Assembly: GCF_009914755.1 (NCBI RefSeq)
Contig: NC_060940.1
From: the human T2T-CHM13v2.0 reference genome, Homo sapiens
Reading direction: 5' to 3' (one strand)
Length of the DNA: 64,000 bases
The notes beneath the pieces are model-generated. The model was not told the origin of the DNA. It did no database searches and was given only the letters and a program-made list of their open reading frames with translations. A program made the translations under genes and the position numbers. Positions 1-11,770 of this stretch are shown piece after piece. Position 1 is the first letter of the stretch. Every line of letters begins with the position of its first letter.

Positions 1-209
1 GAGAATTACAAAGAACCTTCTTAAGGGTGGGGGAGATTACAAAGTACATTGATCAGTTTGGGTGGGGCAGAAGCAAATCACAATGGTGGGATGTCATCAG
101 TTAAGGCCATTTTTACTTTTGCGGATCTTCAGTTACTTCAGGCCATCTGGATGTATACGTGCAAGTCACAGGGGATGCGATGGCTTGGCTTGGGCTCAGA
201 GGCCTGACA
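1..209 (-). mobile_element. HERV-H LTR (LTR7 family), 3' LTR of unit A, cut by the window edge
   Basis: Minus strand begins TGTCAGGCCTCTGAGCCCAAGCCAAGCCATCGCATCCCCTGTGAC at 209; polypurine tract AAGAAGGCAGGAA at 210-222. Confidence 0.95.
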
Positions 210-3200
210 TTCCTGCCTTCTTATATTAATAAGAAAAATAAAATAGTGTTGAAGTATTGGGGCGGTGAAAATTTTTAGGGGGTGGTATGGAGAGAGAATG
301 GACGATGTTTCTCAGGGCTGCTTCAAGCGGGATTAGGGGCGGCGTGGGAACCTAGAGTGGGAGAGATTAAGCTGAAGGGAGGTCTTGTGGTAAGGGGTGA
401 TATTGTGGGGATGTTAGAAGAAACATCTGTCGTATAGAATGATTGGTGATGGCCTGGATACGGTTTTGGATGAATTCAGAAACTAAATGGAATAAGAGAA
501 GGAGAAAAACAGGTATAAAAGGTCTAAGAATTGGGAGGACCTATGACATCTGATTAGAGAGTGCCTAAGGAGATTCAGCATAGTCCTGCCAGCAAAGATT
601 ATTTATTTACCTCAAGAGTTTAGAGTGGCAGTTTGGGGATAGCACCAGGAGATATCAGCTGTGATGGCTTGGAGAAACAGTGTAAACCGGCAGTGTAAAC
701 AAGAGCAGGGCATGTATGAGTAGTTGAGAATGGCGAATAGGAATATGACTAGACAGGAGATAGTAGGGATGACAAGTTTTGGGGGGCACAGTCTAAGTTG
801 GTCTGGTGTCTGGAATGAGACTGGGGCCTAATAAAAAGGAGCGTCTATACAGGAGCTTACATGGGCTGTACCTTGTAGCATTCTGAGGACAGGCCTGAAT
901 TCTGAGAAGGGAAAGTGGTAAAAGTATTGTCCAGTCCTTTTTAAGTTGGAGGCTGAGCTTGGTGAGGTGTGTTTTTAAAAGACCTTTAGTCCATTCTACC
1001 TTTCCTGAAGATTGAGGATGGTAAGGGATATGAAGGTTCCACTGAATACTAAGAGCCTGAGAAACTGCTTGGGTGATTTGACTAGTAAAGGCTGGTCCGT
1101 TATCAGACTGTATAGAGGTGGGAAGGCTAAACTGAGGAATTATGTCTGACAGAAGGGAAGAAATGACTGCGGTGGCCTTCTCAGACCCTGTAGGAAAGGC
1201 CTCTACTTATCTAGTGAAAGTGTCTACTTAGACTAAGAGGTATTTTAGTTACCTGACTCGGGGCATGTTGAGTGAAGCTAATTTGCCAGTCCTGGGTGGG
1301 GGCAAATCCTCAAGCTTGATGTGTAGGGAAGGGAGGGGGCCTGAATAATCCCTGAGGAGTAGTAGAATAGCAGATGGAACACTGAGAAGTTATTTCCTTG
1401 AGGATAGATTTCCACGATGGAAAGGAAATGAGACGTTCTAAGAGGCGGGCTAGTGGCTTGTACTATAGCATAGCCTGCCTTTGCTGCTATGTGGCGATTA
1501 GGCCTGGTGGAACCGCCATCAATAAATCAAGCGTGATCAGGGTGAGGAACAGGAAAGAAGGAAATTTGGGGAAATGGGGTGAATATCAGGTGGATCAGAG
1601 AGATACAGTCATGGGGGTCAGGTGTGGTATCAGGAATAATGTGGGAGGCCAGATTGAGGTCCGGGCCAGGAACAATGGTAATTGTGGGACTTAACAAAGA
1701 GTGAGTACAGCTGAAGGAGCCGGGGAGCAGAAAGTATATGCATCAGGTATGAGGAAGAAAGTAGATTTTGGAAGTTATGAGAAATGTAGAGAGTGAGTTG
1801 AGCATAGTTTGTGATTTTGAGGGCCTCTAAAAGTATTAAAGCAGCGGCAGCCGCTGCATGGAGACATGAGGGCTAGGCTAAAACAGTAACGTCAAGTTGT
1901 TTGGACAGAAAGGCTACAGGGTGCGGTCCTGGCTGTTGTGTAAGAATTCTGACCGCACTAACCATGCCTAGGAAGGAAGGGAGTTGTTGTTTTGGAAGGG
2001 ATTGAGGTTTGGGAGATTAATCAGACACGATCAACAGGGAGAGCACGTGTGTTTTTATGAGAATTATGCCGAGATAGGTAACAGATGGGGATGAAATTTG
2101 GGCTTGACTGAAGTAGTGGGGGCTGTCTGTGAAGCCTTGTGGCAGTACAGCCCAGGTAATTTGCTGAGCCTGATGGGTGTCAGGGTCATCTAACTGAAAG
2201 CAAAGAGACGCTGGGATGAAGGGTGCAAAGGAATAGTAAAGAAAGCATGTTTGAGATCCAGAACAGAATAATGGGTAGTAGATGGAGGTATTGAGGACAG
2301 GAGAGTATATGGGTTTGGCACCACGGGGTGGATAGGCAAAACAATTTGGTTGATAACGCGCAGATTCTGAAGTAACCTGTAAGCCTTGTCTGGTTTTAGG
2401 ACGGGTAAAATGGGGGAATTGTAAGGAGAGTTTATAGGTTTTAAAAGGCCATGCTGTAGCAGGCGAGTGATAACAGGCTTTAATCCTTTTAAAGCGTGCC
2501 ATGGGATGGGACATTGAGTGGGGTAAGGGTGATTAGGTTTTAATGAGATGGTAAGGGGTGCATGATTGGTTGCCAAGGAGGGAGTAGAGGTATCTTATAC
2601 TTGTGGGTTAAGGTTGGGGGATACAAGAGGAGGACACAAAGGAGGCTTTGGATTGGGAAGAAGGGCGGCAATGAGATGTAGCTGTAGTTCAGGAATACTC
2701 AGGGAAGCAGATAATTTAAAGTGTCTCGGCCTAATAAGGGAACTGGGCAGGTGGGGATAACTAAAAGGAGTGCTTAAAAGAGTATTGTCTAAATTGGCAC
2801 CCGAGTTGGGGAGTTTTAAGAGGTTTAGAAGCCTGGCCGTCAATACCCACAACAGTTACGGAGGCAAGGGAAACAGGCCCTTGAAAAGAAGGTAATGTGG
2901 AGTGGGTAGCCTCCGTATTGATTAAGAAGGGGATGGACTTACCCTCCACTGTGAGAGTTACCCGATGCTCGGCGTCCGTGATGGTTTATGGGGCTTCCGA
3001 GGGGATTGGGCAGTGTCAGTCTTCAGCTGCTAAGCCGAGATCTGGGAAGGAGTCAGAGAGCCTTGGGCCAGAGTTCCAGGGGCTCTGGGGAGTGGCTGCC
3101 AGGTGAGTTGAACAGTCTGATTTTCATGGGGTCCCACACAGATGGGACGCGGCTTAGGAGGAATCCCGGGCTGTGGGCATTCCTTGGCCCAGTGGCCAGA

Positions 3201-4709
3201 TTTCCAGCACGTGTAGCAAGCTCCTGGGGGAGGAGGTTCTGGAGGAACGCCTGGCTGCTGCGGTTCAGGCATTTGGAAGTTCTTGTGTGCTGGAGATGTG
3301 GCTGGGGTTTGTCTCACAGTGGAGGCAAGGAATTGCCACTTTTTTCTATTACTGTCCACCTTGAAGGTGAGGTTAGTTAAGTCCTGTTATGGGGTTTGAG
3401 GGCCAGATTCTAATTTTTGGAGTTTTATTTAATGTCGGGAGCAGATTGGGTAATAAAATGTATATTGAGAATAAGACGGCCTTTTGACCTTTTAGGGTCT
3501 AGGGCTGTAAAGCGTGTCAGGGTTGCTGCCAAACGAGCCATGAACTGGTCTGGATTTTTATATTTGATGAAAAAGAACCTAAACGCTATCTGATTTGGGA
3601 TAAAGAAAAAGGAGCATTAACTTTGACTATGCCTTTAGCTCCAGCCGCCTTTTCAAGAGTAAATTGCTGGGCAGGTGGGGGAGGGCCAGTCACAGAATGA
3701 ACTGTAAGCTGGTCCAGGTGTGAGGAGGGGAGGTGATAAAAGGATTATAGGGTGGAGGAGCGGAGGCTGAGGAAGAATTGGAACCTAGCTCAGCCTGGCG
3801 AGGAGGAGAGGTCAGATGGGTCTGTAGAAAAGGAAGATTAGAAAGACTCAGCGACGCTTGGGGTTGTGACTGAGGGGACAGGCGGGAGGGAAAGAAGGAA
3901 GATTTGGGACGAGTTGCACTGGGCACAGAGACTAGGAAGGGACTGATGTGTAAAAGAATGCCTGGACATCAGGCACCTCAGACCGTTTGCCCATTTTACG
4001 ACAAGAATTATTTAGATCTTGTAGGATGGAAAAACTGAAAGTGCCGTTTTCTGGCTATTTGGAACTACTGTCGAGTTTGTATTGGGGTCAAGTGGAATTG
4101 CAGAAGAAAATAAGGCATTTATTTAGGTTTTAGGTCAGGTGTGAGTTGAAGAGGTTTTAAGTTCTTAAGAACACAGGCTAAGGGAGAAGAAAGGAATGGA
4201 AGGTGGAAGCTTGCCCATAGTGAAGGAGGTAAGCCCAGAGAAAAGAGTAGAGACACGGAGAAGGGGTGGGGGGTTCTTGCCCTCCAGAAAAGCAGAGAAG
4301 GGGTTGGGGCACGGAAATAAGGGATTGGGGCACAGAGATATAAGAGATTGGGGCGCAGAAATAAGGGATCGGGGCGCAGAGATACATGGGGTTGGGGTAC
4401 TTACCCCTCCCCTAGAAAAGCAGAGAAGGGGTAGAGACACGGAGAGAAGGGGTTGGTGTACTTGCCTCTCCGCCAGAAAAGTGGGACTTGCCGCTAAGGG
4501 TGAAGGACCAAGGCAGGCGTCCCTGCATGGTCTGACACCTTTGAAACGTGGGTAAATAATCAGGCGTCCCTGCAGTGATTAAACACCAAGGGAAGGCTGC
4601 CTTCCCAGTCTCTGACCGGCGCCGGAGTTTTGAGTCCACAGATAAAATGTGTCTCCTTTGTCTCTACCAGAAAATGAAAGGAATTGAAATTAAGGGAGAG
4701 ATTGAAGTG
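210..4709 (-). mobile_element. HERV-H internal region, unit A (deleted type: env mostly missing, pol deletions, no PBS)
   Basis: Gag zinc knuckle CYTCWKSGHWAKEC (3030-3359), degenerate protease LINTEA (2761-2949), RT fragments SVLDLKHAFF and LPQG (2017-2576). Relative to unit B it lacks about 1.5 kb of env (junction ~585), about 445 bp at ~801 and the YIDD region at ~2105. Confidence 0.95.
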
Positions 4710-5140
4710 TTTCATGCGCGTCCGTGTGAAGAGACCACCAAACAGGCTTTGTGTGAGCAACATGGCTGTTTATTTCACCTGGGTGCAGGCGGGCTGAGTC
4801 CGAAAAGAGAGTCAGCAAAGGGTGGTGGATTATCATTAGTTCTTATGGGTTTTGGGATAGGCGGTGAAGTTAAGAGCAATGTTTTGTGGGCAGGAGTGGA
4901 TCTCACAAAGTACATTCTCAAGAGTGGGGAGAATTAGAAAGAACCTTCTTAAGGGTGGGGGAGATTACAAAGTACATTGATCAGTTCGGGTGGGGCAGAA
5001 ACAAATCACAATGGTGGAATGTCATCAGCTAAGGCTATTTTTACTTCTTTTGTGGATCTTCATTTACTTCAGGCCATCTGGATGTACACGTGCAAGTCAT
5101 AGGGGATGCGATGGCTTGGCTTGGGCTCAGAGGCCTGACA
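4710..5140 (-). mobile_element. HERV-H LTR, middle copy (3' LTR of unit B)
   Basis: 431 bp, TGTCAGG...CGCGCATGAAA on minus strand, contains AATAAA; PPT at 5141-5153; about 11 differences from 11771-12201. Confidence 0.96.
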
Positions 5141-5297
5141 TTCCTGCCTTCTTATGTTAATAAGAAAAATAAAATAGTGTTGAAGTATTGGGGCGGTGAA
5201 AATTTTTGGGGGGTGGTATGGAGAGAGAATGGGCGATGTTTCTCAGGGCTGCTTCAAGCGGGATTAGGGGCGGCGTGGGAACCTAGAGTGGGAGAGA

Positions 5298-7050
5298 TTA
5301 AGCTGAAGGGAGGTCTTGTGGTAAGGGGTGATATTGTGGGGATGTTAGAAGAAACATTTGTTGTATAGAATGTTTGGTGATGGTCTGGATACAGTTTTGG
5401 ATGAATTGAGAAACTAAACAGAAGATCCAAGGTCCAAATAAAAGAAGGAGAAAAATGGGTATTAAAGGACTAAGAATTGGGAGGACCTAGGACATCCAAT
5501 TAGAGAGTGCGTAAGGGGGTTCAGCGTAATTACTTGCTTGGTTGGCAAGTTTTTGGGCTCTATGCTTGAGTTTTTTTATGTTGTCATACATCAGGCCAGA
5601 TTGATTTAGGTAAAAACAACACTCTTCATTTAAGAATATGCAGAGTCCTCTTTTTTCAACAGTGAGTAAGCAAGGCCTCGGTGGTTTTGGAGGACAACTG
5701 CAGCTAAAGAGTCAACTTGGGCCTGGAGGACTGATAAAGTTTGTGACATGTCTGTGATGCTAGCAGAGAAGTCATTAGACAGGCTACGGAAGGTCATGAC
5801 AGAGGTTGAAATGCCTGCTATTCCAGTACCGAGAGCAATAGTGGAGGCAGAAAGTCCTAAACCGACCATCAAGGGAATTAGTGGAATGACTCTTCTTTGT
5901 TGTGTCGGTGTCATGAGGGGAACAGGGAGCTCTTCGTTCCTATTTGCAAATTGAATTTTGGGAGTAAGGAAGACTAGTGTGCATGTGCCTGTCCAATTAG
6001 CAGGTAGACACATGTTAGGTAAAGGATCCACAGAGGAAGAAGAGACCTTGTGCGAGGCAAAACTGGAGATGTAAAGTAAAAAGATGAGGAGTGCTGCAAG
6101 GGGTGTCTTGTACCTAGAGTCCTAGGGATCCAGCTAGGGCGGCAGCTGTCAGAGGTTGTAATGGGGACTGATGGGGTAACTGCATAGAGGGGGAGGTTCG
6201 ATTTTCATGGTGTATGAGAAAACGTTGAGTATCTACAAGCAACCTTTCACTATTATTTTCGGGGCTGGGTAAAAGTAAACAAGAGGAGGGCCTGGGAGGA
6301 AGAGTCTGATGAGCAAGGGGAAAGTAGCCAAGGATGGAGTGAAATACAGGGCAAGTGTCTTCCTAAGCAATAATTACTGCTAATGTTTTTAAGTTTGTCA
6401 GTATTGATAGCGGGCTTGTCTGTAATATGGAGCTGGAAGGCTCCCATTGTTTGAGTGATGTGTGTAGTTGGACTTTGGAGATGAAGAGTAAAGGAACATC
6501 GAGAAGGTGAAAGATTACCTAGGGGAATTCCAGTGGGTCTTTGCCGAGAGATACATATAGGAGCGGCCACAGGCATAGTAGTTTGTGTTGTGAGAGGTCC
6601 GAATATGGGGGGAGTAGGGTTAATATAAGGAGAAAGGTTTTTTAAATAAGTGTGAAGGAGGGCGGCAGCTTGCTGATGTGAAATGTCTGGGGAAGTCTTG
6701 CTGGACCTGTCTAGAAAGTAAATGAGTTCTTCAGGAGGGTAAAGGTGAGGGCTGTTACAGGAAGTTCGGAGGTGTAGGGAGATGGGAGATGTTGCCCAGT
6801 CTGTCTGTAAGGTGGGGACAGCTGTGTAGGCACTGGAAGAAAGGGAAATGCAAAGCCAGCAGTTGTTCACTAAGGAGGGATTAGAAGCGGCTAGGAGAGA
6901 ATGGGTAAGGTTGATAGTGTGGTGGAGATAGCTGGGGAGAGGTAGAGGGTGGCATAAGAATGGGAATGAGAATAAGAGTGAGTATAAAAGTAAAGAATAG
7001 AACTTCATCAGGGTGGAAATATTGGAGGGTGCCTTGCCAGCAAAGATCAT
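5298..7050 (-). pseudogene. env: HERV-H env, full length but disrupted
   Basis: MIFAGKAP...signal peptide...CWLC (ORF 6253-7050); QRR/VIPLIP cleavage and fusion peptide; ISD LQNHRGL; CIFLNEECC; ends PQDLPSA-TAA at 5298-5300. Frameshifts near 6300, 6016, 5670; TAG at 6114-6116 and 5487-5489. Confidence 0.93.
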
Positions 7051-7299
7051 CTATCCACTCTAAGAGGGAGTTAAGAGTGGCAGTTTGGGGATAGCACTAA
7101 GAGATATCAGCTGTGATGGCTTGAAGAAACAGTGTAAACCGGCCGTGTAAACAAGAGTAGGGCATTTATAAGTAGTTGAGAATGGAGAATAGGAGTATGA
7201 CCAGACAGAAGATAGTAGGGATGACTAGTTTCTTGGGGCTCGGCCTAAGTGGTGGGGGTGACTTCGTAAAGCCCTGTTGCAAAAAGTAGGGTAAGGACG

Positions 7300-10096
7300 A
7301 AAGACCTAATAGAATGAAGGGATGTATTAGGCTCATAAGGGTTATGACTGTTCTTCGAAATACGACTGAGTTTAAGGGAAGTAGGGGAGAGTACTTGCAA
7401 CTTCCAGGAGGAAGAGGAGGGATTAGGCTGGCTGTCCGATGGACACAGCTTTATTCTGGAACGGTGAGCCTAGTGGGGAGGATCCTGCAGGCGGACAGCA
7501 GTCGGGGTACTATAGATGACTAAGTAGGGTCCGGTCCATCGAGGTTGTAGAGTTTGAGGAGTCAGATTAACAAGAACTGATCGTCCAGCTAGGGTGTCTT
7601 CATATGGCTGGGGATCTGGAGTAGGCAAGAGAAGCTTAGCAGCCTGGCGAATTTCCTGTCTAGCCTGCTGGAGGACTGGAAGACAGTCGCCTAGAGGGCT
7701 GGTGTCTGGGATGAGGTTGGGGCCAAGCAAGAAAGTGCGTCCATATAAAAGTTCAAATGGACTGTACCTACCCTGTAGCATCTCGAGAACAGGCTCTAAT
7801 TCTGAGAAGAGCAAGAAGTAAAAGTACTGTCCAATCCTTTTTAAGTTGGAGGCTGAGCTTGGTGATGTGTACCTTTAAAAGACCATTAGTCCGTTCTACC
7901 TTTCCTGAAGACTGAGGATGGTAAGGGATATGAAGGTTCCACTGAATACTAAGAGCCTGAGAAACTGCTTGGGTGATTTGACTAGTAAAGGCTGGTCCGT
8001 TATCAGACCGTATAGAGGTGGGAAGGCTAAACTGAGGAATTATGTCTGACAGAAGGGAAGAAATGACTGCGGTGGCCTTCTCAGACCCTGTAGGAAAGGC
8101 CTCTACTTATCTAGTGAAAGTGTCTACTTAGACTAAGAGGTATTTTAGTTATCTGACTCGGGGCATGTTGAGTGAAGCTAATTTGCCAGTCCTGGGTGGG
8201 GGCAAATCTTCAAGCTTGATGTGTAGGGGAAGGGAGGGGGCCTGAATAATCCCTGAGGAGTAGTAGAATAGCAGATGGAACACTGAGAAGTTATTTCCTT
8301 GAGGATAGATTTCCACGATGGAAAGGAAATGAGAGGTTCTAAGAGGCGGGCTAGTGGCTTGTACTATAGCATAGCCTGCCTTTGCTGCTATGTGGCGATT
8401 AGGCCTGGTGGAACCGCCATCAATAAATCAAGCGTGATCAGGGTGAGGAACAGGAAAGAAGGAAATTTGGGGAGATGGGGTGAATATCAGGTGGATCAGA
8501 GAGATACAGTCATGGGGGTCAGGTGTGGTATCAGGAATAATGTGGGAGGCCAGATTGAGGTCCGGGCCAGGAACAACGGTAATTGTGGGACTTAACAAAG
8601 AGTGAGTACAGCTGAAGGAGCCGGGGAGCAGAAAGTATATGCATCAGGTATGAGGAAGAAAATGGATTTTGGAAGTTATGAGAAATGTAGCGAGTGAGTT
8701 GAGCATAGTCTGTGATTTTTACGGCCTCTAAAAGTATTAAAGCAGCGGCAGCCGTTGCACGCAGACATGAGGGCTAGGCTAAAACAGTAAGGTCAAGTTG
8801 TTTGGACAGAAAGGCTACAGGGTGCGGTCCTGGCTGTTGTGTAAGAATTCTGACCACGCTAACCATGCCTAGGAAGGAAAGGAGTTGTTGTTTTGTAAGG
8901 GATTGAGGTTTGGGAGATTAATCAGACAAGATCAACAGGCAGAGCACGTGTGTTTTTATGAGAATTATGCCGAGATAGGTAACAGATGAGGATGAAATTT
9001 GAGCTTTGGAGGGGGATACCTGATATCCTTTGGAGAGTAAATGCTGAAGGAGCAGAAGTGTGTCTTGTTGAGAAGATTCAAAGGAGGGGCTACAAAGAAG
9101 AAGGTCATCAATATATTAAATAAGGTGAGAAGCGGAGGGGTGGAAAGAAAGTAGATCATGAGAAAGAGCTTGGCTGAAGTAATGAGGGCTGTCCCTGAAA
9201 CCTTGTGGCAGCACAGCCCAGGTAAGCTGCTGGGACTGATGGGTGTCAGGGTCAGTCCAGGTGAAAGCAAAGAGAGGCTGGGACAAGGGGTGCAGGGGAA
9301 CGCTGAAAGAAGCATCTTTAAGATCAAGTGTGGAATAGTGAGTTGTGGAGGAAGGTATTGAGGATGAAAGAGTGTACGGGTTGGGCACCACAGGGTGGAT
9401 AGGCAAAACAATTTGGTTGATAAGGCGCAGATCCTGAACTAATCTGTAAGACTTGTCCGGTTTCTGGACAGGTAAAATGGGGGGATTGTAAGAAGAGTTT
9501 ATAGGTTTTAGAAGCCTATGCTGTAGCAGGCCAGTGATAACAGGCTTTAATCCTTTTAAAGCGTGCTGTGGGATGGGATATTGGCGTTGAGCGGGGTAAG
9601 GGTGATTAGGTTTTAATGGGATGGTAATGGGCATGTGATCAGTTGTCAGGGAAGGAGTAGAAATGTCCCATATTTGTGGGTTAAGGTGGGGGGATATGAG
9701 AGGAAGACGCAAAGGAGGCTTTGGGTTGGGGAGAAGGGCGGCAATGAGATGCGGCTGTAGTCCAGGAATAGTCAGGGAAGCAGATAATTTGCTTAAAATA
9801 TCTCGGCCTAATAAGGGAACTGGGCAGGTGGGGATAACTAAAAATGAGTGCTTCAAAGAGTATTGTCTAAGTTGGCACCAGAGTTGGGGAGTTTTAAGAG
9901 GTTTAGAAGCCTGGCCGTCCATACCCACAACAGTTATGGAGGCAAGGGAAACAGGCCCTTGAAAAGAAGGCAACATGGAGTGGGTAGTCCCCGTTTCGAT
10001 TAAACAGTGGGTGGACTTACCCTCCACTGTGAGAGTTACCCAAAGCTTGGCGTCCGTGATGGTCTGGGGGCTTCCAAGGCGATTGGGCAGCGTCAA
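7300..10096 (-). pseudogene. pol: HERV-H pro-pol of unit B, disrupted
   Basis: ORF 9116-10096 carries protease (LIETG) and RT motifs LDLKDA and LPQG, ends at a TAA directly before YIDD; integrase C-terminus YSPFELLYGR...WTGPY in 7470-7814. Confidence 0.92.
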
Positions 10097-10106
10097 TCTT
10101 CAGCCG

Positions 10107-10980
10107 CTAAGCCAAGGAGTCAGTCAGAGAGCCTTGGGCCAGAGTTCTAGGGGCTCTGGGAGTGGCTGCCAGGTGAGTTGAACAGTCCGATTTCCAGTGG
10201 GGTCCCGCACAGATGGGACACGGCTTAGGAGGAATCCTGGGCTGCAGGCATTCCTTGGCCTGGTGGTCAGATTTCTGGCACGTGTAGCAAGCTCCTGGGG
10301 GAGGAGGTTCTGGAGGAACGCCTGGCCGCTGCGGTTCAGGCATTTGGAAGTTCTTGTGTGCTGGAGATGTGGCTGGGGTTTGTCTCACAGTGGAGGCAAG
10401 GAATTGCAACTTTTTTCTATTATTGTACACCTTGAAGGTGAGGTTAATTAAGTCCTGTTGTGGAGTTTGAGGGCCAGATTCTAATTTTTGGAGTTTTATT
10501 TAATGTCGGGAGCAGATTGGGTAATAAAATGTATATTGAGAATAAGACGGCCTTTTGACCTTTTAGGGTCTAGGGGCTGAGGAAGAATTGGAACCTAGCT
10601 CGGCCTGGCGAGGAGGGGAGAGGTCAGATGGGTCTGTAGAAAAGGAAGATTAGAAAGACTCAGCAACGCTTGGGGTTGGGACTGAGGGAACAGGCAGAAG
10701 GGAAAGAAGGAAGATTTGGGACGAGTTGCACTGGGCACAGAGACTAGGAAGGGACTGATGTGTAAAAGAATGCCTGGACATCAGGCACCTCAGACTGTTT
10801 GCCCATTTTACGACAAGAATTATTTAGATCTTGCAGGATGGAAAAATTGAAAGTGCCGTTTTCTGGCTATTTGGAACTACTGTCGAGTTTGTATTGGGGT
10901 CAAGCGGCATTGCAGAAGAAAATAAGGCATTTATTTAGGTTTTAGGTCAGGTATGAGTTGAAGAGGTTTTAAGTTCTTGA
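10107..10980 (-). pseudogene. gag: HERV-H gag of unit B, disrupted; nucleocapsid segment open at 10107-10430
   Basis: Two knuckles CYTCQKSDHQAKEC and CPICAGPHWKSDC; ~260-bp deletion at ~10577 relative to unit A. Upstream boundary approximate. Confidence 0.85.
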
Positions 10981-11750
10981 GAACACAGGCTAAGGGAGAA
11001 GAAGGAGGAATGTAGGAAGGTTGCCCATAGTGAAGGAGGCAAGCCCAGAGAAAAGAGAGCGTAGAGACATGGAGGGAAGGGGTTTGGGGGTTCTTACCCT
11101 CCAGAAAAGCGGGAAAGGGGTTGGGGCATGGAAATAAGGGATTGGGGCACAGAGATACGAGTTTGGGGTACTTGCCTCTCCCCCAGAAAAGCGGGACTTG
11201 CCGCTAAGGGTGAAGGAGAAGGGGTTGGGGGGTTCTTGCCCCTGCCCCAGAAAATCAGAGAAGGGGTAGAGACACGGAAAGAAGGGGTTGGGGTACTTGC
11301 CCCTTCCTCAGAAAAGCGGGACTTGCCGCTAAGGGTTATGGACCAAGGCAGGTGTCCCTGCGTGGTCTGACACCTCTGAAACGTGGGTGAATGATCAGAG
11401 GCGTCCTTGCAATGATTAAACACCAAGGGAAGGCTGCCTTCCCAGTCCGTGACCGGCGCCGGTTTTTTGGGTCCACAGATAAAACGTCTCCTTTGTCTCT
11501 ACCAGAAAATGAAAGGAATTGAAATTAAGAGAAGGGAGAGATTGAAGTGTGGCGCCTAGATTGAAAGGAGAAAGACGGTGAGGGATAGGGAGGTTGGAGA
11601 AGAGAGTAAAAAGAGGCTGCTTATTGGATTTGAAATTGGTGAGATGTTTCTTGGGCTGGTGGGTCTGAGGACCTGAGGTCGTAGGTGGATCTTTCTCATG
11701 GAGCAAAGAGCAGGAGGATAGGGGATTGATCTCCCAAGGGAGGTCTCCCG

Positions 11751-11768
11751 ATCTGAGTCACGGCACCA
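11751..11768 (-). promoter_or_regulatory. Primer-binding site, tRNA-His
   Basis: TGGTGCCGTGACTCAGAT two bases after the LTR end; one mismatch to the tRNA-His complement TGGTGCCGTGACTCGGAT. Confidence 0.95.
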
Positions 11769-11770
11769 AA

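Larger units (their letters stand above)
5141..11770 (-). mobile_element. HERV-H internal region, unit B (leader-gag-pro-pol-env, defective)
   Basis: PBS-His, gag, pro, RT, IN and env remnants in correct order between two paired LTRs. Confidence 0.96.

Noticed and set aside
4180-4560. Short repeats with spacers in the HERV-H leader and the 54.1-kb repeat as CRISPR-like arrays
   Set aside because: Eukaryotic context, irregular period, non-unique spacers, no cas genes.
5487-6116. TGG>TAG stops in env as an APOBEC3G signature
   Set aside because: Only two sites, one shared with unit A, and no general G>A excess is visible.
1398-8595. Twin 98-aa plus-strand ORFs (1398-1694, 8299-8595)
   Set aside because: Antisense to HERV-H pol, no ATG at the called start; their identity is explained by the conversion tract.
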